Shown here: positions 1 to 10,631 of the stretch, in pieces
How the letters are laid out: the number at the start of each line of letters is the position of its first letter
How positions within the stretch are numbered: the stretch's first letter is position 1
Source of the DNA: Callorhinchus milii
Lineage: Eukaryota
Direction of reading: 5' to 3'
DNA length: 64,000 nucleotides
Assembly: GCF_018977255.1 (NCBI RefSeq)
Contig: NW_024704746.1
Coordinates: 31,372,001-31,436,000, forward strand
The notes under the pieces: model-generated
What the model was told of the DNA's origin: nothing
Seen by the model: only the letters and a program-made list of their open reading frames with translations
Database searches by the model: none
Position numbers and translations under genes: made by a program

Positions 1-844
1 TTACCAACCTTGTTCCTACTTATTGCTAGGTAAACAAAGGCATGTAGGGTAAGGAAACTTGCCCAAAAATTCGCCGTGCCAGGAATCAAACTCTGGTTAG
101 AGTGCTCTAACCACTGAGCTACAGGACTCCATATATGTTGCACAGATGTGCAACACACGTGTACAGGACATGTTGTACATATGTGCAGGAAGTGCCTATA
201 ATTACACTTTCTTTCTGCTATCCGCAATAACAAATGTTGACTTCAATGTTTGGATATCAGCCTGCCTTTAAGGCATTTGTAGGCAAATGTCGCAGCTTGG
301 GGCTGATGTGGGACTTGAACCCACAAACGATTGACTCAAGAGGCAAGAGTGCTACGAATTGAGCTAGTGTGAAACTTGAGAATAGTGATATACCAAGCGA
401 TTGCTGAGATCCCAACTTTACCTACCTTTGCCTCTAAGATATTAAGGGTAGTTTCAATCTGCTGGATACGGAGAGAAAGACTGGCCAATTTCTGAAATAG
501 AAACAAAATTGCTGAACATTACAAATCACATCACTGATTAGCTTATGAAGACGACATATTAAACAGCTTCGAGTGTGACAGGAGAAACTTTATACAGGAT
601 TTGTAAGAAATGCATCTACAAGTTTAGTGCCATATTAACAGCAATTGTCTAGTATTCCCTCTAGAACAGCTATGAATGGAAGGATTTTCTACCTAATGGC
701 TGAACACATCGAAAGCACATTACGATGCATTTTATACAATACCACCAGGCAATTGGCCCCTACCTCTAGCCTGGACTGTTCAGCCCTTCGGACGTCCTCC
801 CAAAGTGAAAATGACTATATAAATGCATTTGTATTGTATTGTAC

Positions 845-943
845 CTCTTCACAAACTGTTGAAAATCGATTCAAAAAACGGACTGTATGTGCAATAAACT
901 GATTAAGAAACGCCACGGTCCTCTTCTGCTGTATGGCTGGTAC
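845..943 (-). CDS. WASHC3: WASHC3 coding exon 2
   Basis: cag|GTA CCA...GAA GAG|gtac, 99 nt. Confidence 0.95.
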
Positions 944-3496
944 CTGCAATAAAAAGTGAAACATCATATAGTATTCCAATATGTTTTTGTAAATCATACC
1001 ACTGTAACATGTTAAAACTTTTCAGTATAGCAGAATTGTTTTAACAGTACATTAATAGTTTATGCATAAGACATTTGCTATATTGTGAAAGGAAACTCGA
1101 ATCCAAGATCATAGCTACTGTTGGCATCATCCAATGCAAATTTGATATAATAGGTAATAATAATAATCCTTGCATTTTACATAGCGCTTTTCACGTCGGG
1201 AGGACGTCCCAAAGCGCTTCACAGAACACACTGCAAAGTGAATTGACTGTATATTTGTGGGTGAACGCGGCAGCCAATTGCGCACAGCAATGTCCCACAA
1301 ACAGTCGTAGATTGAAAATGACCAATTTATTATTGTTTTGGGTTTTGGAGGGATTAGTATTAGGCTCTGTGTGGAGTAAGGAAACTTGCCCAAGGTTTTG
1401 CCCTCTGTCTGGAATTGAACTCAGGTCTCTCGCTTGCAAAGCGAGTGCTCTAACCACTGAGCTACAGGACTCAGATGTCGGACTAGTGATCAAAATATAA
1501 ACAGGTGGTGAAAGAATATCACTGACCTGCAAGTGATTACAGGACAGCAAAGTAATCCAGCAATTTCAAGTATAACATATTATTTGAAACCAACAACATA
1601 TTACTTCTCTTAAATGTTTTTAACCATATTACTTGACATAGCATCTTATCTCATTGTCGAGCCTTCTCATAGCGTTTCACAGGATAATAATAATAATTCT
1701 TGCCTTATCTTCAAGCTGTCTCAAATTGACTGTATATTTTGTGGGTGAAACGCAAAACACTGAAAGATAGTGTGACTATGTGTTTTGTGGCCAAATGTGG
1801 TGGGCAATTTGTGCATAGAGCAATGTTCCACAAATAGTCATGAAAGTGAATAACAATTTAATCTGGGAGAAACTCACTTTTTTCAAATAGTGCAATGAGA
1901 TCTTTATCATCCAACTGAACAGACCGATGGGACCTGGGTATAGGTCTCATTGCAGTGCACTGGAGTGCCAACCTACACTGTGGAGCTTGAACTCCAAATC
2001 TTGACTCCAAGACGATAGCGGATGTCAGTTTAACTCGGGATTGGGCTAGGTCACCATCAAGCAAACTTCAGTAAAGTGCCTGGATTAAAGGTAGTGAAAT
2101 AAAAAGCTTCAGATGCATGAAAGTGGCAACAAAGAGAAGCAGTTGGTCAGGCAAGGTGCCACTGACAATACATCCAAGGTTTGTGAGGATGCAGTTTGGT
2201 GGCGGAAGCTTTTTAATGTGGTGCGGGTCATAAACTGTTTCATGAGGTAGACAGGCAGTTGGAAAGAAGCAGCACACTGATGTTTTGCCCAGGGTGGCCG
2301 ATTGTCTTGAGGGTCTCTGAACGAGAGTACTACCAACTGAGCTAGGCTGACATAATCAAAACACAAAATACTGCCGACGCTGGAAATCTGAAAACGAAAA
2401 CAGAAGTCGCTGGGAAAACTCAGCAGGTCAGGCAGCCTCTATGGAGAAAGGAAAGAGAGTCAATGTTTCGGGTCCATGACTTTTCATCAGAATTGATTCC
2501 CAACATGCCCCAGTTCTGACGAAGAGTCATGGACCCGAAACGTTGACTCACTTTCCTTTCTCCATAGATGCTGCCTGACCTGCTGAATGTTCCAGCGACT
2601 TGTGTTTTTGTTTTGTAGGCTGACATAATATCCACTTAAATTATAATGATCCTTGCATTTCATATAGCGCCTTATCACGGCTTCAGAGCTGTCTCAAAGC
2701 GCTTCACAGAATATATTGTAAAGTGGAGTTACTGTCTATTTTGTGGCTGAAACACGGCAGCCAATTGTCTTGCAATAATATTCACTCCATAGAAAACCAT
2801 ACAATACCCACCGTATTGCCTCTGGAGAAAATAATATAAAGTTTCGCTACGGAAGAAAAAACTGATCTTTAGAAGAGAGTCCCTCAGCCAGAAAGGAGCA
2901 GGAACTACGTTGTAACAAAAAAATGTACGTTTTGTTGGCGAGACCACGGCAGCCAATTGCACACGGCAGTGTCCCACAAGCAGCCGAGGAATGGGTGAGC
3001 AAATTACTATTTTTTTTTTTGAAGGGTCTACTAACCCCGAAAAGAAAATTACAAGCCAGTTTAAAAAAAAAACTAAACGAATGAACTGTACATTTATAAA
3101 CTTTCATATGAACGTAGGCATCCCCAACCCATGCCACCGGGTCAACGGTGAGTATACAACCCCGTCACCCCAAGGCTGGAGCAGAATGGCAGAGCCTTCC
3201 CCGCTCCACAGCGTATGGACATTTCAACGTAGGCGGCCACCATCGAACCCATTCTTGATGGGAGAAGGTCCCAGGAACGAGGACCAAGACCGGGGCACCA
3301 AGAACACCGACCAAGATAATAACCCCTCCAGAAAATGGAACAATAATAAACCGGTCACTTCGATCCACGGCGGCTCGCGGGACGCTGCCGCCGCGTTTCG
3401 CCCTCGGATGTGCGGTCACGACGCTTCACAGCCTATTCCGCGAAGCGCTTTGAGACGTTGAGAAGACGTGATTGAGGCGCTGCCTCAAATGCAAGG

Positions 3497-3528
<32 letters not shown>

Positions 3529-3923
3529 GACCATCGGTCCAAGCCCCAAGCAATCAAAAATGCAAGGACTGAAATTATCCGACTATACCACATGTTATTA
3601 TTATTACTATTATTATTATTAATATTGCGATGCGACACTAGTTTCTCACAGCGGTTACCCAGCATCAGGGACCAGGGGCCAGAGACCGAGACCCGCAGCC
3701 ACAGGAGCACTGACCGGCACCGGAGGCCATCAAGGCCCCCATGTTGCTGCAGCTCCGGGCAGCCTGCGGTCAGTTTGGCAGCTCCCTGACCCCCGCCCCA
3801 CGGGCCTGACGTGGCCCGCGGGCCGGGGCGGTGTGGAAGGGGCGGGGAGGGGGGGGGAGGGAACTGACTTACTTTGGTCAAGTCTATGCCGGAGCCGACC
3901 AACGGCAAACCGTCCGCGTCCAT
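845..3923 (-). CDS. WASHC3: WASH complex subunit 3 (CCDC53), 5' part; join(complement 3873..3923, 845..943); gene continues left of the window
   Basis: MDADGLPLVGSGIDLTK|VPAIQQKRTVAFLNQFIAHTVRFLNRFSTVCEE matches the vertebrate CCDC53 N-terminus; GT-AG junctions, phase 0. Confidence 0.95.
1155..1472 (-). mobile_element. Full-length young tRNA-derived SINE (Deu-like core, L2-type tail)
   Basis: A box TAGCTCAGTGG, B box GAGTTCAATTCC, TGC anticodon loop, core GCTGTGCGCAATTGGCTGCCGCG, (ATT)n tail; near-identical to 18873-19188 and 56805-57125. Confidence 0.92.
2458..2494 (-). ncRNA. Degenerate minimal hammerhead ribozyme motif (inverted copy)
   Basis: AAUU-CUGAUGA-A-AAGUC(AUG)GACCC-GAAA-CA-UU-GACU; mismatches in stems I, II and III. 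Confidence 0.5.
2512..2548 (+). ncRNA. Minimal type I hammerhead ribozyme motif
   Basis: AGUU-CUGACGA-A-GAGUC(AUG)GACCC-GAAA-CG-UU^GACU; stem I AGUU/GACU, palindromic ACGU stem III. Confidence 0.65.
2643..2990 (-). mobile_element. SINE variant with an extra ~160-bp domain
   Basis: SINE tail and core plus segment 2768-2930, which is shared with 15689-15860. Confidence 0.7.
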
Positions 3924-4700
3924 CGCTTGCGGGTGATGGCAACCGCCGCCGCCGCCGACCTCTGACCCGGAAGCAGAGCAGAGCGGCTGGGGCTGGGCCG
4001 CCGCGCCCTAGCAACGGCCATAGCAACGGCCCCAGCCGCTCCATCCCTCATTGCCACTCGCTCACTCTCTCTCCACACACTCCACTCTTCCTCAGACATA
4101 AAGAAGGGAGGGAGTGGGAGTGGGGGGGAGGAAGGAGAAAAAAAAAAGGCACCGGGTTTAAATCGACTTAAATGCAACAGCCTGGAGTTGGCCAGGAGCA
4201 TTGTGGGAGTTGTAGTTCTTGGCCACGGGTGGGGGTGGGGGGGAGGGAATGAAAGCAGGTCATCATCAGACATCAAGACATCAGACAGACTCCTGAACAC
4301 CGACCCCCCCCCACCCCCCCCCCACCCCCAGAGCGTTCAAGGAACCAGCTGGAGGCTGCGAGAGGAAGACCCCAGGCTGAGGCCCGTCCGCAAGGACCCC
4401 GATTGGTGAATTAACTGCGTGCAGTTCAGGTCCGGGCTACATATGGGGAGGGTTGGGAGGGCGCACAAGCCCCGAGAGGCGGCGCAGAGGAGAGCGACAA
4501 GGGTGAACCCCCACCCCACCGCTCAACAACAACTGTTATTTACACAGCGCCCTTCGCGCATGCGATCCGTCTCGCACCCCTCAGTCGCCCAGTGTTGGGC
4601 AACTGAGCCACGAGCAACAGTTGGACAACAAGCTACGGCTCTTCAGTCTTGAGCCAGACGAGACCCTACGCGCGGCGCGTATTCCCATTTCAAATGGGAT
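3700..4700. promoter_or_regulatory. WASHC3 CpG island promoter
   Basis: CpG-rich; ETS CCGGAAG 3967-3973, RFX-like half sites 4007-4027, ACTACAACTCCCA (ZNF143/THAP11) 4204-4216(-), NRF1-like GCGCATGCG 4556-4564. Confidence 0.75.
3873..3923 (-). CDS. WASHC3: WASHC3 coding exon 1
   Basis: ATG...ACC AAA|gtaagt, 51 nt, in a CpG island. Confidence 0.95.
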
Positions 4701-6661
4701 TGAAACAGTAAACCCAGAGCAATATTTTAGGATGCACCAAGACAGTCGAACAAGAAGACATAGATTTAAGAGTGCAGTGTAATGATCCTTTCATTTGATA
4801 TAGCGCCTTATGTCTGTGAGACGTCTAAAATGTTATTATTATTTCGAGTGTAATTTATACCTCTACATGTGTATGTCATATAAAGTGTGGGCGTAAAATT
4901 TATTGGAATTACCCACAAAAATATATATTTTTTAATAGCCCACAAGCTACCATATTACATTTATCTTGGAAAGAGGAATGAGAACTGACTGGAACCCAAC
5001 ATCGTAATATTACATTTTCCACTTGTTAGGCCATTCTCAATAATGCCGACTACTGGAAGATCACCGAATAATTAGGTGACTAGTGACGGTGAGAATTTAT
5101 AGAAGAGGAGGTGCAATTGGTGATATTTCTGGACATAGTTTGGCTTTTCTGATGATAATCTCAATTTATGGCACCAGTTCTTTAGTTCCATGAATTCCCT
5201 TATCACCCCCTGACTGTGTATACAGGCATTTTCCCAAAAGCACAGAGATCATGTCACTCGCTGCATTTTTGTTTTGCAATGTAAGCGACAACCTGAGATG
5301 GCCCAGAATAAACAATAACATTTATTTAAAGCTGAAACTACTTTTATTTTTCATATCCCACTATTGTGCTGTATTTTGTACAAATTCTGCCAATCATACC
5401 TGGCTTTTTAATGAGTCTAAACCATTAAGAGTAAGGTTTTCCCCCTGCTCTTAATCTTACAATACACTTAAAAACTGAAATTATCTGTTGCCATAAAAAC
5501 TCTAGCCTAATCATTATCACTAAAATTGTATGATCACTCCATTTGATCTTACTCATGTAATGCAACTTTAGAATTCTGCAACTTGGAAAAAATGTATGAC
5601 ACAAGTAGAATTTGTTAAGTAGGCGAAGGGGAATAAATCATTTAAGTAAAAAATAATTAAAATAACTAAATTTAAATTAATCCAAAATAATCCTAAAGAT
5701 AATCATGCATTGTAATTAAAAGTCTTCGTGTTGATGACATTAAGCATGTCATGGAGAAGTGTTTTAGAAGAGTTTCCTAGCGTAGTGAAGCTGAATTAAC
5801 ATAGATGTAAAGCAACATATATATGTTAGTTTCATCAACCTGTACCAGTCAATTCTCCCAGTGATTAAGTGAGCTCTTGCTTATAAACAAATTAGACAAT
5901 AACAAACACAAAAGCACAAATGATAATTATATACTTCATTACTCTTGAAACATAAACTGAAGTCCTATTCAGTCACCCTGCTTTAGTACATCACATTTCC
6001 TTTTGTTTGTTTATGAAGATTTTACTGTGCTTTTTAGCTGTTTATTATTCTTTTGGTCAGAGCACTCATTATTTCTGTATTTAAGCCTTTTATATTGGGA
6101 TGATATCTTCTGTCATTTCTGGAAATTTGATGCGTTTTACTTAGTATTGGCTCTTCCTATGAAAAGCCTACAATTCTGTTACTACAGCTCATGAACTCAA
6201 TTGTATTTTACTAGACCCAGATTAGACCTTTGGACACTATACTATACATATCCATAATCTAACCTATAGTTTTCAATAAGACTTACTAAAGAAAGTACTA
6301 AGCAAATAATTGTCAGTAATAAAACAAAAATTATGGTTTGTAAAACAGCCTTACGTTGAAGGCATTTTGCTCACTAACATTCAACCTCAAAACCTGGGCT
6401 ATATAATCAAACCTTAATTGCAAGTGGCATTTACAATGCATTGGTCTATATTCCAAACTGAAATGCTGGCAATAATTATCATGATCACATCACAAAACAA
6501 GTCAATGTTGAGCAATATTCAATGGCTAACTTCCAGACATTGCTGCTCTGTGACTTCATGAACTGCCTCTAGGAAATGTGAGATGGAAAAGTGATTCATT
6601 TTGTTACTACTTTATTTAAATCAGTTACTATCTGTTGAGGGGCTGAATAAACTCGGGTTAA

Positions 6662-7550
6662 TAACAACAACAAAATTACATTGTATAATGCCTTTTACGT
6701 CGGGAGGACGTCCCAAGGAGCTGGACAATCAGTGTTTCGGACCCGAGCTGGGGGTTTCAGGATTGGGGAGGGTGGAGAGCAGTGGGGGAAGGAGGGTGAC
6801 CGAAGGCATGGTCAAAGAGGAGGGTCTTGAGACGGGTCTTGAAGGAGGCAAGGGAGGGGTGAGGCAGAGGGCTGCGGGATGGAGTTCCAGAGGGTGGGGG
6901 CAGAGTGGCAGGAGGCCTGCCTGCCAATGGTGGGGCGAGTGAGGCGGGGATATGAAGCAGGCCGGAGCCCACTGAGAGAAGGAAGCGAGCAGGTTGGTAA
7001 GGGGTTAGAAGGTCGCAGAGGTAGGGGGGACCAAGACCATGGATGGCTTTGAAGGTGAGGACCAGGACCTTGAACTGTATCCTTTGTGCGATTGGAAGCC
7101 AATGAAGTCGAGCGAGGATAGGGTTGATAGGGCCTCGGAGCCTGGTGCGTGAGTGGACATGGGCTGCAGAGCTCTGGATGATCTGCACCCTATGGAGGGA
7201 GGAGTTGGGGAGGCCGACAAGCAGGGAGACATTCTGTCAGAAGTCGAGGGTGGAGGCAGAGAGATAGTTTGGTGTCCTCCGAATACATGTGGAAATTGAC
7301 CCCATGTCTGCAGATGACGTCACCAAATGGGAGCATATAGGTATTGAAAAGGAGGGGATCAAGGACAGAGAACTGAGAAATTCTACACAAGACAGTGTGG
7401 GGGCTAGAGGAGAAGCTGTTTGTGGAGATGAAGTGGAGATGGTGTGAGAGGTAGGATCTGAACCATTCATGGAAAAAACCATGAAGATTGAGGTGAGAGG
7501 AGAGGTGGTGGAGGAGGATAGAGTGGTCAATGGTATTCTTTGGAAGTCAG
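6662..7550 (-). mobile_element. L2-clade LINE 3' fragment (degenerate RT)
   Basis: SVLDPLLFNTYMLP...FHMYSEDT (RT motif remnants) and PILARLHWLPIAQRIQFKVLVLTFKAIHGLGPPYL; (TGT)n tail. Confidence 0.9.
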
Positions 7551-9170
7551 GAGGTCAACTATCTCAACTATCTTGTTGAGATCTTCAATATAATGAAAGG
7601 TGTTGACAAAGTAAATTGGCAACTACTCTTAATTCTATTTGGGGAATCCAGGTCAAGAGGATATAACTGAAATCATCTTTGTTGCTTTTCCCTGAGCCCT
7701 CTCCAATTGTCCTTTTGAAGGTAGGGTGCCAAAAGGAATATAATATTCAAAATGAGGCCTCATCAGAGATTCATAAGTTAGAATATCTAATTTTCACTTC
7801 TGACCAAATACAATCAAGATGCAGCCTAGTATTTGCTCAGTATTTAACAGCTTTGAGTTGACTTTGCTTACTGATGGTGTTTCTGCACACTTGGAAATTT
7901 CAATCAAATATTCTTATTCTAATTTTTATTTGTTTGAAATCTCCTTCTTGTTTTATTACATCTATTATTAACAACCAGTAGAAATGTCTGGTTGTTAGTC
8001 TGGTCAAAGAGATTATATGCACATTGGAATCTCAATTATCTTCTATATTGGAAATTGCATGATGGTATATGAAATAAAGACATATCTCTCCCCCCACCCC
8101 CCCAATATAGTCTCTAGTCACTATATCCTTCACAGGTATTTTTTTGCTCTGATGTATAGTGATTATATATTTGTAGGAAGTGTGTTAAGGAGATGGGCTT
8201 CCTGAATAGATACCCCAGTACCACAAACAGGACTGATACATTGTACGTAGGAAACATTTAGGTATTTTTAAAAAAAATTTAAATGATGCGGGATTTGTGA
8301 CAATTTATTTGCGTAGGAAGTAGAACAGTTTCTGCTGTTCTAACAATTGAAATAAATCCCAGTTGTGAGATTACATCATAGATCCTGCGCACACGCTTTA
8401 AACAGAACTCCTAATCCTGGCATAACATTTAAACTCTATGATCGGAATCAGTCATAAAACTTAATGCAATTATTTGCATGAACAACGCTTAGCACACTTA
8501 ATATTTCCATACAACCCACATCCTGTTCCTCTAAAGTGTTTTGACTTACCTACCATAGAATTTCACAATAAACTCTTAATTCACATTCAGTTGAAGCATG
8601 ATTAAAGCTCTATTGTCTTCTTAGTTGGCAAAGATTTGCAGACAGACTCAACTTCTGGAACAGACTGATAATGTCTGGTGGGAAACAATCTGCTGCACTT
8701 CAATCCCTGGCAAAACATTTAAAACAATTCAGTATATATAAATACATATCATTTTAATGGTCACTTAAAGTTTTATTGGGGTACATATATCGCCTTGTGA
8801 ACTGGTACTTACTGATTGCTAAAACATACATTATTTCAAAACTAGCCACGCATTCATCAGGATAGAACTGCACCTAAAATTGTGTCTGCATTTCACTTGC
8901 AGCCTGAAGTTGCGATCAGAGCATTATTTTGAGTAGGGAGTTTTCTCCAGTACAGTATTAGAGATTGAGAGTATGGCCGCTGAATAGAGGGGGTTGCTTG
9001 ATTGCGTTTGACTATATGGTGCACTCTTTCCCTGGAGGAACCTATCCTGCTTACCTAATTCCATTGAATGTCATTGGTGGCATTTAACCAGCTAAAACCT
9101 CCATCGAGAGCACTGTCTGGGAAGCTTTCTGCTGCTTGTCCAGCTAGTCATTAGCCAACCCTACTCATTA

Positions 9171-9478
9171 GGCCTGTAGCTTAGTAGTTAGAGCAACCAC
9201 CTCGCCAGCGAGACTTGGGTTTGATTCCCGGCAGGGCGAAATCTTGGGCAAGTTTCCTTACTCCACATGCCTGATAGTAATCCCTCAAGAAAAAAAACAA
9301 TAATAATTTGGTCACTCAATCCATGACTGTGGGACACTGTTGTGCACAATTGGCTGCTGCGTCTCATCCAAAAGTATACAGTCAATTCACTTTACAGTAT
9401 ATTCTGTGAAGCACTTTGAGACGTTTAGAAGATGTGAAAAGTGGTATATCAAATGCAAGGATGATTATTATTATTATT
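9171..9478 (+). mobile_element. tRNA-derived SINE, same family, older
   Basis: Head, core and (ATT)n tail recognisable. Confidence 0.85.
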
Positions 9479-9601
9479 ACTCCTTTTGGCTTGCAGGGTT
9501 AAAAGCAACTAAATGGGAAGATTCCCTGCTCCCCAATGATTAGTCATTCCCTCCACATCCTCCTGATGAGCCAGGCTGGCTGGTCTGTCAACAGTACTGG
9601 A

Positions 9602-9900
9602 ATAATAATAATCCTTGCATTTGATATAGTGCTTCTCACGCCTTCTAGACATCTCAAAGCGCTTCACAGAATATATTGTAAAGCAAATTGACTGTATATT
9701 TGTGGGCAAAATGCGGCAGTCAATTGCGCACAGCAGTGTCCCACAACAGTCGTGGATTGAAATGACCAATTTATTTATTTTTTTCTTTAGGAATTATTAT
9801 CAGGTGTGTGGAGTAGGGAAACTTCCTCAAGGTTTCACCCTGCCAGGAATTGAACCCAGGTCTCTCGCTGGCAAAGCGAGTGCTCTAACCACAGGACTCC
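9602..9900 (-). mobile_element. tRNA-derived SINE, same family
   Basis: Full length, inverted relative to 9171-9478. Confidence 0.85.
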
Positions 9901-10363
9901 ACAAATACCGAGACTGCCACAGAGGATTGACTCCATCCCGACATTCGGTTGCCAAGCACGTCACCTTAAAGTCAGCTCTGCCTCAAGGAGCAGGACGCAA
10001 AAAGTTTGGATAAACCGAGTTTATGGATGGTTCAGCTAGGGAGATTAGCTAGGAAATCATTTGAAAAGTCCTTGTGGGAAGTAACTGAAGTGACAGCATT
10101 TAGTGCTAGATAGGTTAATGGAAGTAGCTGATGTGTTGGAGGTGAAGAAAAGCAGTCTGGTTAGGGACCAATGTGAGGGAGAAAGGAGAGCCAAGTATTG
10201 AACAAGATACCAAAGTTGAGCCCTGGCTCAGTTAGCTTCATTAATAAGCTAGGGAGGGAGATTGAGGAGGTCAGAGCCCAAAGTGAGGAGACATTGGCAG
10301 GAACCAATAGTTTATGTCTTATCCATATCCAGAGTTGCAAGAACAGAATAAACAGAATGGTGC

Positions 10364-10369
10364 TTTATT
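10364..10369 (-). terminator. Candidate NUP37 polyadenylation signal
   Basis: AATAAA on the minus strand ~150 nt after the stop. Confidence 0.55.
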
Positions 10370-10517
10370 TTTCAATTTGTATTCATTTACAAATAAAGAA
10401 AATATGGAGTCATTTAATACTGATGCCACTTTGAAAACAGAATTAAGAGAGTTGTATTAAACATTCAAAGCACTTTAAATATTTTACAACTTAACTGAAT
10501 AGTAAAATGCATTGGCT

Positions 10518-10631
10518 CTACATTTCAGTCATCCAAAATAATAGCTTGTGATCGCCTCCGATCACACATAATGGAAGGGTCCTGTGCCAGCTCAGTCCTG
10601 AAGCCACAGATGCAGAACCAATCATAATTGC
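10518..10631 (-). CDS. NUP37: NUP37 coding exon 9 (stop)
   Basis: AIMIGSASVASGLSWHRTLPLCVIGGDHKLLFWMTEM*. Confidence 0.95.
   Translation of the reverse strand, partial: AIMIGSASVASGLSWHRTLPLCVIGGDHKLLFWMTEM

Larger units (their letters stand above)
2357..2615. mobile_element. Palindromic non-autonomous Penelope-like element with 14-bp TSD
   Basis: Inverted arms 2390-2494 and 2512-2615; TSD TAGGCTGACATAAT at 2343-2356 and 2616-2629; hammerhead cores in both arms. Confidence 0.85.

Noticed and set aside
1400-1472. tRNA-Ala(TGC)-like cloverleaf (also ~19115-19188 and ~57050-57125)
   Set aside because: It is the SINE head: poor acceptor stem and continuous with the SINE body
1075-1550. Recurring ORFs such as [11 protein letters not shown]... 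and MTVYLWANAAANC...
   Set aside because: Translations of SINE copies; they recur because the repeat recurs
9563-9590. CTGATGA followed by a hairpin (also 62520-62545)
   Set aside because: No GAAA core or stem I/III after the stem, so not a hammerhead
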